Positions 42,001 through 55,953 are shown, counted from the whole stretch's first letter. The stretch: 60,087 nucleotides of DNA, filler included, from Platydemus manokwari (GCA_037951405.1; 6 parts of 6 records of this genome joined end to end with filler, not necessarily neighbours in it), one strand, 5' to 3'. A program made the numbers and translations. Notes: a model not told the origin generated them from the sequence alone.

Positions 42001-45000
42001 TACATTTTATCGGATGTTCATGACAATTCTGATCTCATCAAGAAACTCAAGAAGAGCAAATTATCAAAACTGATCATTTTTCAGGTAATTTTTTCAATGA
42101 TTTCTGATTTATTTATTTCATTAGTTTTTCATTATTTTTTTTTTAATTTTTATTGTTTGTGATAAACTGAAAAATTACAGTTGAACTTGTCAAGGAATTT
42201 CAATCGAGGAAAATTCAAATATATTTCGATAAATCGATACTTTTTTCACGCCACTTTTAACTCAATACTATTTTGAGGAAAAATAATTTTATAAAAGAAT
42301 CGTTTTCTATTCGAATCTTTCGATTGTCTAGAATTGATGTGAATTATTGGGCACAGATTATATTAGTAATGTATTTTTGATTTTTATGGATGAAAATGGG
42401 ATTCGATCTAATATATTGTATAGTGGATTCAATATTTTATGTAATATTTTCTTATTATTGATGAATTAATTGAAAAAAATATTGCTGTGTTTGCTTCATA
42501 AAAATATTTCATTGAATATTGTGTGAAAAACTCAATTCTAAATTTTCAAGTTGCGTGATTCGTGATTGAAATGATAAATTAATAACTTTTTCATTTTCAA
42601 TTGGAGACAACCATCTCCTATCTTGGGAAATAAATGTGCAAATGCTACATTAATTGGCTAGTTCAATTGTTTCTTTATTTTTCCCTAATCGTTGATTGTT
42701 TGATTAATTAAATTTTATATTTTCTATTATCTTTAATACAAATCATCAGTTGATTATTACATGGGTTTGTTCAATCCAAAACTTAATTCCATTAATACAA
42801 GCGTCACAAAACAATCTTGGGAAAAATGGATAATTCCTGTATAATTCTAAATATTTCGTTATATACGAAAAATAGATTAAAATTTTTAAACCTTCCCAGC
42901 GGGCATTTTATTATATATTTACATGTATTTAAATAATATATAAATATTTAATTAATATATAAATTTAAATATTAAGTATTATTTTTAACGTTACTCCAAA
43001 TCAATATATTAATATAATCACATATGTACACAATTAAAAATGTGTAAAAATAATAAAATACTGATTTTCGTATAATTTTTTCCCAAATAAAATAATAATT
43101 TTGTGATATCAAAGATTTTTTCGATATCTCATATCACAAGGTTTGTAAAGATTTTCATTTCTGATACTCATATCCAAATTTTTTTGTACAGATGTAGGAT
43201 ATATAATTTCATATATAAGCTCCTATTTCTGCTCCACAGATCCGTAAAACTAAATTCAAACCAAAATCATGAATTTAAGAATCATAAACTTTGTAACATG
43301 GTTCAATTCTAGATCTATTCGTATTCTATATTTTATTTGGATATTTGAGGCCTGTTATTGAGATTAAAGTCGTTTGTATTGAATTTCATATTATTGATAA
43401 TTAGTATGACGCAATGTCATCTTAGAAGATTTTACATTATTATATAAAAATAGCTACAGCATAATAAAATTATTTTAAAAAGTTGCTTTAACTATCATTT
43501 TGATAGGTTGATAGTTTTAGCATAAAAATAACATTGTATTAGCCTGATTACAGGACTGGCTTTTATTGCTCTGTTTTATCGAAAATTATCTGTGTCATTA
43601 TAATTAGGTTTATTTAAAGATATATTTTTTTATGTTTTTCAATAAAAGTGGAACTTGCTTATTTTGTGATTGTTAATTTCTTGAATTATTAACATTATTG
43701 GGTTCAGATATTTAACAATTAATCTATTGTCTGTTTGATGTTTAGATAAAATCGATAAAATACCAATGTCTGAAAATTGTTTTTTCAATTTTAGAAAGTC
43801 ATAATTATTCTGAAGCTTTTAAATACAAGTCAAAAGGTTCTATTGAACACTTTGACTGCCATTAACTTATATTTTGGCCAAAACATTATTGATTAATCAT
43901 AAACAACATTTTTAATAACCAATTTTTGTTTGAATTGAAAACTCATAACAATATATGTGGGAGTATTAAAATTGAATGAAGATTTAATTTTATATTAATT
44001 TGTTTAAATAATTGTATTTAAATGCATAATTTAGTGTCGTGCTTTTTCAGTTCGTTTTCGATTATAAAATAGTAGCGGATTACATGGTGACCACGCCTCT
44101 GGATTCGATTCTGAGAAGACCAATGACTGTAAATTATGGAAAATAAGGACGAAGATGTAGATTAGATATAGAGAAGATATAAAGAAGGTGTAGAGAAGAT
44201 TAAAAAAGATAGAAGAATGAGAGACGCCCCTTTCAGAATAAATATTACTTAGAGCCCCTAAACTAACCTTTCTTTTAGTTTTATTTCAGTTAATCATTAC
44301 GGGGAATCCCAGAAATACTGCCACTCTACTACCAGACTTCGGTGTTGTAAGCGACAAAGCACAGAAGCAATGGCATTGAGTGCGCGATTACATATACTTC
44401 AATAAAAATTAGTGAGAACGTAGAGTACGTTTTTTAAAGACAAATTAAGCGTTTTGAGCAAACGAGATACATCAAAATTTTTAATAATCATTTTCTTACA
44501 TTCTTATAGTATTTTCGCCTTCAAATAGGCTTGTATTCACCACCAACCTTCTGGATCCTTGCAGCGCCAACTTTGGAAATTTATGGCGTAAATAAATATG
44601 GTAGAGTATTTGATACAATATCAATTAAGAATACCAAGTAAATCAAAGATTTTAAAGAAAGGGGATGTGAGAATGTTAAGATTTAATTTAATTTTGAAAG
44701 ATTTAATTTGATATCAAGTTTTATTTTTATATAAAATTATATTAATTTGTTTAAATAATGGTATTTATATACATTATTTTGGTTTCGTGTCTTTTAAGGT
44801 CGTTTTCGACGCGGGTCTTATAAAATACTTGCAGTTTACCGTATATGTTCTAAATAAGTTAATTACCCTATAATAAGAATAATAAAATATTATTTTTTAA
44901 GGTTTCGTGTAAGACTTTTAATTTTAAATCGATTTTATTTATAACTTCTCGAGCTATTTTTGGATAAATTGGATTTGTATTATTTGGAATCATAAAACTA

Positions 45001-45328
45001 ATTTAATTTATTATTATTATTATTATTCATCTTAAATGTAATTGGATTTAAATAATATATTTATTATTGCGTGAATTGTGTTCTTTATTGAAACGTATAA
45101 GGTGCATTTTTACAATTTTAGACAAATCATTCGGATATCAATGATGTGTATTCAATAATCAAGAAGGTTGAAGTGCTTTCATTCGAAAAATATAAATCCA
45201 AATATCTCAAGAAAACATGCAAAGCAGAACCCCCTAGCAATTCATATATCATTGCCGGTAAATACAATCAAAGTAAATCTAAGGTGGAATCTATTGATGA
45301 AGATATCAAACTCTATTTGTGCAAATGA
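39032..45328 (+). CDS. TNRC18/BAHCC1/winged-eye-like chromatin reader (tandem Tudor plus C-terminal BAH), 5'-partial. Exons 39032-39084, 39125-39350, 39402-39614 (or 39605), 41381-41614, 41661-41746, 41818-42084, 45122-45328
   Basis: All introns are GT-AG and phase-compatible. Tudor region: EGIRVLI...AG..VKLDGDR...QLLEQGVREVIPTS..LTQGARVCANWS...LYPGTI..IDFDDGD..IDLKQVRLLPENF. BAH: IGDNVQLLS..IYLANI..M.V.FNWYY..IFQTNHSDINDVYSIIKKVEV..EKY..YIIAGKYN, then TGA. Confidence 0.88.
43965..44225 (+). repeat. Repeat family C, copy 1 (in the last intron of the BAH gene)
   Basis: Matches the reverse complement of 51970-52310: tgtcgtgc.ttttcagttcgttt.cgat, acatgg.gaccacgc, atgactgt.aatta, and a GA-rich tail. 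Confidence 0.8.
44720..44830 (+). repeat. Repeat family C, partial copy 2
   Basis: ttatattaatttgtttaaataat.gtattta.at.cat.attt...tcgtg..tttt..g.tcgttttcga is shared with 43990-44062. Confidence 0.7.
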
Positions 45329-46846
45329 TTTTTTTTGGTTAAAATATTATCTGAATCAACAAATGTTTATCGTGGTTTGAGTCAATCGTATCATTTGTAT
45401 TGTGTTTAGAGAGCACCTAGATTATTTTTTTAGACATTGTAAAATGCATAACAATGTTAACCGGTTGCAGATTTTTGCTTTATTTCTTTAAAGATTTGTT
45501 TTTTTATTGTTACTCATTCATTTATTTGTATTTTATGTGTGAAATTTGTTTCCCATTTTTTGAACAATCATATTTTTTTCTATATATCATTGCTATCGGT
45601 TTTGAGTATATGCAATTAAAATAATATAATATTTATTTAATATTGCTTTTTAATAATCAAGAAATAATGTTTGTGTCGGTGTGTGCGTGTGTGTGTTTGT
45701 GGAGATTTGAAAAATCAGAAATGCTCAACAATTTATAACAATGAATCTACCTCCGTAGTTCAGAGCACTCTAAATTGTTTACTGTTAAATGAACTAGCTG
45801 TTTCATTAGTGAATGTAAAAGAAATAATAAATGGGATCAAATAATTTAGTAAAGTAAAACATTACAAATCTTAATTATAATTTTATTTATAAGCTTAAAA
45901 TAAAATTAATCTGAAAAAGATAATTTTGGTAATTGTAATATTTTAAAAGATTACTGGAACCGTAATTTTTATCAATTATTTTCAAGATAACCCTTAAATA
46001 AATAACAACCAATAAATGTTCCAGTGTTTTTTCTTAATATCAAGCCAAGCGTGTTAACTTTTTAAAGAAGTATTGTTATCTGAAATTATAAAATTTAAAA
46101 CTTATTATTGTCTGAAAAATATATATCTAAATAAATCTTTATTGAAACACACTTTAATTAAAGTCAAAAATTTAAAATGAATACTAACGAAGTTATAATT
46201 AAAATTCGAATTTAATGTAGTTTTATTTAATATTTGATTATACATCTATCAATTTATATGGCTACCAATAATTTAATATCTATAATTTTTTGAAATACTG
46301 TTGAATTCGTTTTCCACGTGTATTTTATGAAGTTTAAGCAGCTGACAAGAACAAAATATTAATGAACCTAGTACGTGAGTGGCTTCATATAAAAACTATT
46401 ACTTAAAATCTGAAATTTAAATTTTATGTAAAATTGAAACTTTGTAATAAATAGTTAGGACTGAAGCGGTATATTTAAATAATTATGTACTAGTTTAATT
46501 TTCTCATAATTGGGATAAAGACGAAGAAATGGTATTAGATATTAATACTTTTGACACAATTTCAAACATGTACCTTCATTTGCTTTGAACGAATAAGTTA
46601 CATAAGGGGTTATAATATGATTAATCTGTGTTCTGTTAACCCGGATAATCCGATTGAAGGAAAGAAATAAAAAAAAGAACTGTCACAGAATGGAATCAAC
46701 AAAACAATCAATAAGCTCAGCTTCGATCTCAACAATATCTTCTCTATCCTCACCCTTATATCAAAAGAGCAAGCCTCAACCGCCTCATCAATCAGCTTCC
46801 TCCTATCAAAGTCTGCAATGGAAGGTAGACATGGATGAATAACAAT

Positions 46847-46955
46847 TACATTTTGTGATTATTCTGAATTTTTAACATTTACTTTTTGTGATTAATTCGA
46901 ATTTTACTTTTTGTGATTATTTTTGAATTATCTAACTACACCTTTTGTGAATCTG
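46847..46955 (+). repeat. Imperfect tandem repeat, four units of ~24-34 bp (tac.ttttgtgatta.t..gaatt)
   Basis: ttttgtga recurs at ~46851, 46884, 46909 and 46943. Confidence 0.7.
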
Positions 46956-48139
46956 ATTCTTTAATTTTGTATGAAAAAATTGTATTTATGATTTCGGTTT
47001 TAATATAGTCGAGGAATGAGAGTATTGTAGAAAATATCTCCAGGGTACCGGCATTTGCTCACCGTTTTATGCTGTGACAGTGGCTCGAAGAACTGTGAGG
47101 AATTTGAAATTGGAGTTAGTATCGTTTTGAGTATAGAGATTGTCATCTATGCCTGGTGAGTTTAACCATGAGTCTCTGGTTTGCACTCACGTCTGTTCAT
47201 ATGAAATTTGTAGGCCTGATTCATATGATATTGTGATAAATATCTCCCTGTGACTTTAATCTCAAATCTTGGTGGGGTGTCATATATTTGATCGGATAAT
47301 TGTTTTGCAAGAATATTGATATTTCTGTTGCTGATTCCGGGAGTTTTTAGAACGCGGACGGTTCTTTATGAAACCGAACCTAGGGATCTCATTTTTATAG
47401 CATGAACCGACATTGTAAACTGGGGTTTACATGCATGATTCTCTCACTTAGTTGATATAATGAGTTAAGTTCTTTTCATCTATAGACGGTCTATACATTC
47501 CATGTCTACTAGAAATATCTTTCTTTCCAAACTGTTCTAAATATGAAGGTATAAATTTTATTTAGATATGGAATTACATCCAAGAAGATATCGAATTCAG
47601 AAAATATGAATACAGATCATAAGATCTCTTGAGTTCAGAAACCACTTGACTCATTTTAAACAGTTATCATGTCTTTGCAAATTAATATAAGGCATGACAC
47701 AGCTTTGAAGTACATGTATAAGTGATTCTCCTTTAGGGTAATATCGGCGAAATTTGCACCTAAGATGATCACTTACATACTGTACACGTTCGTGGCAAGC
47801 ACATTTAATCTTACACAATATGTTGAGTTCCTGTCCTATGTACTAATAGGATCGTTCGAAAAGATTTTATTGATGTAATAGTCATTATTTTTACTTATCA
47901 CATTTATAAATATCAACTTTGTTACTATGGTATTTTTAGAGATGTAATTTCTTTGTTCTTTAGGTTGTTTAAACAAAACGAAAACAAATGAATTCGTTGC
48001 TTTAAAACAATTTTATTTTATTTTATTTAAAATAATTTATTTTTATTTTAAGATATTTTATTTTTAGCTTTTATGATTTTATTTATGATTTTATTTATTC
48101 ATTGTTAATTAAATTTTTGCACTTTTCTCAAATTCGTTC

Positions 48140-49086
48140 GGGTTATCATTTCTTATTATATTGTGATTTGACTTTTCGCAAATCTACAATAAAATGAATA
48201 TGTCAATTTTTCTTTACAATACAAAATATTTTAAATCCCTAATTATAATAACTTACTCGTAAATTCACATTCACACTTAATTTTTCAATCAGTCAATAAG
48301 TTTACACAGTTACTCGGATACCGAACTTTTTTTATGTTCATATATATATATTAGAAGATATGAACTGACTCTTGGAATTTTTACCATTTTGAAAATTCGT
48401 ACTTTATAGATTCTTGTTATTTGTATCTCTCAACTTTCCGAAGCAGCGGAATTTTTATTTCGAAGTTTTAAGCTTTCAGTCAAAAATATTATGATTTTAT
48501 GATTTTATGATTTTTCCATTCCTCATAGAGTATTTCTATGACTGATTCTGAATAATCATTTTTGTTTATTATTTTCTTTTTTCCCGTTGAATTTTAAAAT
48601 TAATTTACAAATTTACATTAACTATTGCAATTTATTTTTCGCCTACATTTTAAAATTCTGATTTCGCTCATAAAAAATCCCACATTTTAATTAATTAATT
48701 TTCGCCCACGTTTATATTAATAAATTTTATTATAATTTATTAATTTTATTATTATTTTTCCTCAAATTAATTATTATTATTATTGTCATTATTATTATTA
48801 TTATTGTTATTATTATTATTCATTTATTTCAAAGTTTTATTATTGTTTCATCCATTTTTTTTCCAAAAATACAATATAATATAATTTTTACCCATTAATA
48901 AATTTTTCATTTCGAACTACACAAAAAATTTTTAAAAGAATTTCTACATAAAAACCACTAAATATTTACAAATAAATGATATTCATGCAAAAAGTAAAAT
49001 CAAGAGTTTAAATAAAAGTACTAAAGAGTTAAATCACGGATCAATCGTCTTTATCATTGTCTAACTTCTACTGGAGTCTTTGCAGG
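48140..49086 (+). repeat. Repeat family A, copy 2
   Basis: Collinear with 11798-12708, with an (ATT)n expansion at ~48770-48820. Confidence 0.85.
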
Positions 49087-49585
49087 TTTTGATAAGAAAA
49101 TTGAAGCAGAAGTTGTTGGGATTTGTGTCCTCTCTTCAGGTGAGCTGAAGACAAGGATTGAGGTTATCCCTCAGATGACATTGATGACTGCTGAGAAGAT
49201 ATTTTGATGTTGATCCCGATTTGTAGCATATTGTGGTTTATTTAGATTTCTAAAAATCGTTTATTTCATATATTTTTACTTACTAAATTATTGTGCCACT
49301 GTAACTCTAAAATACACTTTAATTATAATAATTATATTATAATTAATTTCATTGTGTTGGGAAAACAATATAAAACGTCTGGTGCTCTACTCAGATAGTG
49401 AGAAGAGCGAAAAAGAAAAGACTCAATATGAATGGAGGCAACAGTAACAATAACAACAGCAGCCATTCCAAAAACCTATGAGCAGATCACCCAAAGAACC
49501 CAGTAAAAGTAGAGGGAAAAAAGCTATTATAACGCACACCTCAAAAAAATTTTTAAAAAAAAGATACCCCTCTTTTTTTAGAAAA

Positions 49586-49685
49586 NNNNNNNNNNNNNNN
49601 NNNNNNNNNNNNNNNNNNNNNNNNNNNNNTTAATTAATTAANNNNNNNNNNNNNNNNNNNNNNNNNNNNNNNNNNNNNNNNNNNN
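49586..49685. other. Artificial assembly linker
   Basis: N44-TTAATTAATTAA-N44. Confidence 0.97.

Positions 49686-49740
<55 letters not shown>
49686..49740. repeat. (AAT)n microsatellite at a contig edge
   Basis: About 18 perfect AAT units directly after the gap. Confidence 0.95.
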
Positions 49741-49742
<2 letters not shown>

Positions 49743-51969
49743 TTAATAATAATATCACGGTAATTATAATAATTTGGTTTCTATATCCGTAATCCTGCTC
49801 TACCTTTTAATGCAATTGAGATTTTGAGAAACTTATCTTGAGCCAAATGGAATAATATCCTCTCTTTTTCAGAAATAGTAATTTCGAAACAGTTATTATC
49901 GATTTATTTGTTTAATTAATTCGATTATTCTATTTGATAATGTGTTTATGGACATTTATTTTTCAAATGAACGGTGGGTAGTGTAATTATCTTCAAAGAT
50001 ATCATTTATCAAATGGTTTCCTCTCAACTAAACAAAAGATCATTCACAATCATTATCAATAAATTTCAGAGTTCTCCAGATATCAATGGAAATAGTTCCA
50101 TTGTTTCATTTATTTTTATTTATAGCGGGGAAGCGATTAGAAATAGTTTTTGAATGATTTGATGGGTTTGAATAAATAAATAAATATTTTGTTTAATTAA
50201 ATGAAACAGTAACGCATAATTTGAAAGTATCTCTTCTGAGGAATTTCACGTTGAACCAAATAATCCGATAGGCTCAGACCAGATTTATCTATTGAGTTTA
50301 TGGGAAAAATATCAAGAAAATTTACAAAACACTGATTCTATTTACAAGATCAACCCGATACTTATGCCTTTGATAGGGAAATTTAAAGAAAACTCCAGAT
50401 TTTTACTCGTTTTCCTTTTGATAAAAAATGAAATCGTATTTTAAGATTATCTGATATTTCATATTTCAGAAAATAATGAATCATATCAATCTTTGAATTG
50501 AGCTTCATGCCACTTATCTCTAGGTACTATATTTGTCTGGATCGGGTAAGATTTTCAGTGTAAAACAAAGATATGAAGCGTATAGACGGAAGCTCCATTG
50601 AAAATATAATGTGAAGCATGTGACAAAAAATGATAGGAATACTTAGGGAGGCTATAGTATAGCAATAAAAGGATAGATACACACATGCTCGGAGAGCGCA
50701 TGTGCCAGTTGCCAATCATATGACTCCAAATTATTATCCTATAAATAGAATTCAATCGTCAATTGGCTCACACCAATAGCAGGCAACGAACATCAAGATA
50801 CGCCAATTTCATGGGCAATTTGAAAAAATCGCACCGAATCAAAAGCAAAGATGTTAGACAACATTTCAACACACAGGACAAATCTATAGAAGGAGTTGAA
50901 ACTCGAGAGCAACTGACAATCTTTAATTGGTATATAATTTCTATCGTCGTTTTTATCTTTCTGTTGCCAATCCCGTTGTAATCTGATAATCGACCTTTGC
51001 TTTTTTATATAACCCTCAGTTACGGTTCTGAGTGTTTTACATTGACGATTTGGTTTAAATTGTGCTAACGATTTCAAATTCGAATATTGCGCGTTAGTAA
51101 ATTATCTAACAAAAATAATAAAGACAACTTCAACTGTATTACAGAAATAGTACAAGACTTCCTCCCGTACTTGTAAATAACCTCCCCGATTCGAACATTT
51201 ATTGATTTGGTAAATATCGATTTTCATAATTTAATAATAATTAATTATATTATTTTAATAATAATTTTGAAAGTAATATCTATTATTATTACACGATTTC
51301 GGACAAAAACAGAAAAAAAAACAAATTCTACTTTAAAACCACGCGCGATTTAAATTAAATAAAGATCTGCGTATTATCAAACTAATCAACGCTTATTTAT
51401 ACAATAATAATTTTGATAATATCCCTGAAAATTTGAATTTAGAAGAAAACGGAGCTTTATCCAACCAATTGTGACAATCAATAAATTACAAAGGGAAATA
51501 TTGTTTCATCGAACTGATTAACATAATATCAAAATCGATGCTTGAACATTTTAATTTATTTTTTATGGTGATCACGATTGACCAAACCCAATATATTGTC
51601 AGATTGATTTTCCATCGCCAAACAAAACCGAACCAATAAATGATTCTAGGCAATTATATCAGTGAAACAATATTATTTTTCCTTCTACAAATTAATAGAG
51701 AAAAGATATTTTTTACTTTCGATTATTTATAACTGAGCAATCCATCGATTCGGCCATCTCGTGCCAGCATTTAATGCCAAAAATAAACCGTTAATTATAA
51801 CTTTTCCTTATTCTTATTATGAATAATATTTTTCGATAGCAGATTTTCGGTGAATTATAGATAAAATTTCAATTCTTCAATGGGGATAATAAAACCTGAA
51901 TTTAAAATTCCCACATCTTCCCTCTTTTTAAAAAATTTTTGTATCTTTTTACTCTATTTTTTATCTAAA

Positions 51970-52310
51970 TAAAAATCTCTAATTCTTCTATCTTTATATC
52001 TTCTTTACACATTCTCTACATTTTCTTTATATCTTCTCTATATCTTTTTAATATCTAATTTACATTTTATTTATATATTCTGTATAAAGTTTGAACATCT
52101 TCCGCCTTGTTTAATTCACAGTCATCGATCTTTCCACAATCGATTCCCAATGCGTGGTCGCCATGTCAACTACTACTTTTATATAAAAGACGCATCGCAA
52201 ACGAACTGAAAAGGCACGACAATAAATTATGTATTCAAATACAATTATCGAAGCCAATTAATATAATTTCATACAAAATTAAATATCTATAATTTACTTC
52301 AATTTTAAAT
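51970..52310 (-). repeat. Repeat family C, copy 3 (inverted)
   Basis: Its reverse complement aligns to 43965-44225. Confidence 0.8.
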
Positions 52311-52828
52311 TATCACAGAAACAATTTGTTTTAATTCGGAAAAATCGTTCACCAAATTTGACCACATTTCATTTAGTGAACCTAAAGTAAAAGATTGAGC
52401 AATATATTTTCGGGTTAATAATAAAATATTATACTACTTTAAAGATATCTAATAACAACAGTTAACGGTTAATATCTAGCTAGCCGATATCAAGAACATT
52501 GATTCTTCAAAAATCGATTCTTATTTTAATCAACATAAATATTTACTGATAAAATAATAAACAATTTTAATAATAATTTTACACAAGTACTAAGATTGTA
52601 CTCATGAATAATTTTTAAAATTCCAATTCACTCGGAGATCATGCAGAAAGTATAGCATCAAATACATGTATAGTTCTCTTCGATTCTAAATATTCAAGAA
52701 CTCATTGATTTCCCAAGTGAATAATTTACCAAGATAAAATTGGAAAGATTTCCTTTTCCATTATCGCTATTTCATCAACGGGTTATGAGAATGCATTTTA
52801 AAAGCAGCCAAAAAGGTTTAATAATCAG

Positions 52829-52829
<1 letters not shown>

Positions 52830-52863
<34 letters not shown>
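52830..52863. repeat. (ATT)n microsatellite
   Basis: About 11 ATT units. Confidence 0.9.
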
Positions 52864-53044
52864 CACATTTTTCATTATCGACATTAAGATAAATAAAAAC
52901 AATCGTCAGATTTTGTCAACAGAATTAGCGAAAAATATTCTATTTACAGATAGATATACAGCTCACATAAGGATTTATATTAATTGGATGAATGGAAACA
53001 CCGTAAGAAATATTTGCAACGATTCAGATATTTTATTTGTAGTA

Positions 53045-53930
53045 CAGGGTTGGTCAGAAGTGACATCCGAGTCAATGCATTTTTGAATACAAAAAACTAA
53101 AATTTATTGACAATAAACATGAAATCTTTTGCGACGAGGTGCCAGTAGTACTCGTACTGACTTTCAATTGTAATATTGATAGTTATAATTCCCGATTCGA
53201 GATTCCTTCATTTGAATTCTCCTCCTTTGCCATGTGACATAGCCAGATCAAAATCGTTATTCACTCATAGTTTTGCTTAAGTAGTCTCTGAAAATTATAA
53301 CCTGAACCCAAGATTCAATTTTATAGATTTCTTTGGTCGGTATAAGCCTTGCACGTTGCAAAGGTTCGATAGCAGATTATTATTAGTGAAAGATTTAAAT
53401 AACTTGACTATTAGAAAAATAGAGTTGTGTGAATCTCAAATTGAAAATGGTGCCCTCGCAATAATAGATAAAAATAATTCAATAATAAGAACCAATTTAT
53501 TATAATTTCTTTTCAAAATTTACAGCAAGTCTAAGTCAGGTCTCGTACTTCAACAAAATTTCGAGAAGCTAATAAAATGACACGATAAATAGGCTCAATC
53601 AATGCTTTGAATCAACAGATTTATGCAAATAACTTGTCAAGCCTTAGAAAAAATCCTGATTGTTGAAGTTGTGTTTGCTCATAGTTCATAGAATGAGCTT
53701 CACAAAATTTAGAAACTCCCAACGATGAATTTTATGATACGTAACTTTCACCTGAGACAATATCGTTCTCATTTTGTTTAATCATTAAAGAAAGATGATT
53801 ATGATATTCGTGCCAAATTCTCCCAGATGCCTCAGAAACCGTTTGAAATAATAGTGCATACCAGTGATCAAACAAATTTTAAATTAAATGGACGATTAAA
53901 ATCAGCATTAATTCCAGAACATTAGAATGA
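53045..53930 (+). mobile_element. Decayed Tc1/mariner-superfamily transposon (rosa/DD41D-like)
   Basis: TA followed by a CAGGGTTGGTCAGAAGT terminus at 53043-53061. Broken transposase FHLRQYRSHFV*SLKKDDYDIRAKF...VHTSDQTNFKLNG (53745-53892) resembles LHLxPYKxQxVQxLxxxDxxxRxxF...FSDEAxFxLNG. Confidence 0.7.
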
Positions 53931-54899
53931 ATTCAAATTTGATAAACTCATTCTTTATCGAGGGAAAATTGTGACTGACGAAATGTATTCCAGCAAGACA
54001 ATATCCATTTCAAATATTTTGCACGTGATTGGGTTCTTGATCACACATGTCGCTGTGGTCCTGTAAAATATCTTTCTCTCTCTTTATCTTACACATCTCG
54101 AGCATTTCCTTTGAAGTGATTTCGAAATTAAAGCTTTTACAGACAGTTTTTAATCATCTTAATTAAATAAATGAGATAAAATATCTTTAATTAATTATTT
54201 TAAACATTAATATTTTGCAGGTTTCAATCTGTTTTCAATAAAATACTGGCAGCTAATAGGGGTACTCAGAAAATAGGTTAGAGGATAAGAAATTCTTTCA
54301 CAGAAATCAAAGACACCTTGAACCTCTTTGTGAGCATATCTTTATCGAACCTCTAAATACATTGACAAAATCTGACAATATTTCAAGCACTCACTCTAAT
54401 TGTGTTCTGCGATGCATTGTTTCGTGTTATTATTCGTGTATTATTCAAATATCATATTATTTTATTATTAGAACTAAATAACTTTTGATTTATTGGCTAC
54501 TACTGATTCAGCGCGCTAACCAAAATATGTGAACTCTATTATGAAATCATGATTTATTATTATAATCACAATTTATTGACCCATAATCTTAAACATATTT
54601 CTGTTACGGAATTGTCCCGATAGATAACAAATACTAAGAATTTCAATAATAATTTTTAAAACAAAATTTCACATATTATTTCTAACAGTTTTAGTCTTCC
54701 CGTATGTGTTTGTTGATTGTTTAAAGAGTCTAAAAGGATTTTGAGATTGAAATTTCAGGTTTGATTATTCCATCCTCAACAGCTCTAAATTTTTTATGCC
54801 TATTAATAATTCCGAAACACTCAAAGTACAGAATGGATAACCGCAGAACAGTAATTATTCATAAATTGGTCTGAGGAATCCGAAAATCCATATTAAAAA

Positions 54900-55600
54900 A
54901 AACTTGTAACTCACAGTTTTTGAAAATATTTCATTGCAATTGTGATTTAATCATCTGCCTTGACTTCACCAGCTTGATTTCTTTTGATGAGCTAATGTTG
55001 TTATTTTGAAAAATATTAAAGAAATCAATAGAGCTATATTTGACCTCAACAGAAAAGACTCGTTGAAACTGAAAGATAAGTATCTCAAGAATAAGAATAA
55101 TTACCGAATGTTATCATAAACATGTATTGTGTGTTTACTTTGTGTTAAAAATTTTACTTTTCATTTGTCAGAGCTACCTGGAAACCTGACCATGAATCTA
55201 GTTGGAAAATGAAATTCTATCTCTTATGCATTTAGATGTTCGTAATTTTCTGTAGATATGCACCAATCGAAAATAATAATCCAATCAGATAGTTTTGATT
55301 GTACATCATGTCTTCCTATTTGAATACTGTTCCAATGGCTTCAATCAGCATTTTCAGTTGGTATTTTCTCATGTCCTACAGGTTTGATGTCTTTAAATAA
55401 CAAAAAAATTTTACAATAAAAATTTTAATGTCCAAAGAAATATTTTTTCTCCAATTAGTGCTTAAAAAAACTCGTTGAACTTTAAATTATCATAGCTCCC
55501 AGAACTGTTGATATGCAGCTATTGCCCTTTAATAAACATTTTATTGATCATACGGTTAGCATACAATGCGTAAATTGTAAAACAATTATAGCATTAATTT
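54900..55600 (-). mobile_element. Possible decayed pogo/Tc5-like transposase fragment
   Basis: Minus-strand FIFQLDSWSG (~55186-55215) and upstream LIGEK resemble pogo-type DDE motifs; many stops. Confidence 0.35.
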
Positions 55601-55881
55601 AATGTATCCAGACATTTATTTGAAAATCTAAGCACTTAAGCTTGAATTATTTCACTAATGCTGATTAATGCAAACCAATTCAATTTAATAATGGATTAAT
55701 CTCTTAATTCGTTTCTCATTTCATATATTTCTAAATATTAAAATTAGTGATAGATGTTCTATTATTTTTAATTTATTTGTATCCATAGCAATATAAAATT
55801 TCTATTTAAGGATTACATTGTTAAAGGGAAAACATAGGCCGATTTTCTAACGGAAGAAAATACATGGTGGATGTATTTAGA

Positions 55882-55882
<1 letters not shown>

Positions 55883-55933
<51 letters not shown>

Positions 55934-55953
55934 GTAATAATAATAATAATAAT
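55883..55953. repeat. (AAT)n microsatellite
   Basis: About 23 AAT units with one AGT interruption. Confidence 0.95.

Noticed and set aside
44070-44125. tRNA gene
   Set aside because: B-box-like motif only; no cloverleaf can be folded, and it is part of repeat family C.
2120-52292. Numerous 60-110 aa Ile/Phe/Leu/Asn-rich ORFs in the track
   Set aside because: Their composition is what AT-rich noncoding DNA yields by chance; no motifs or splice support.
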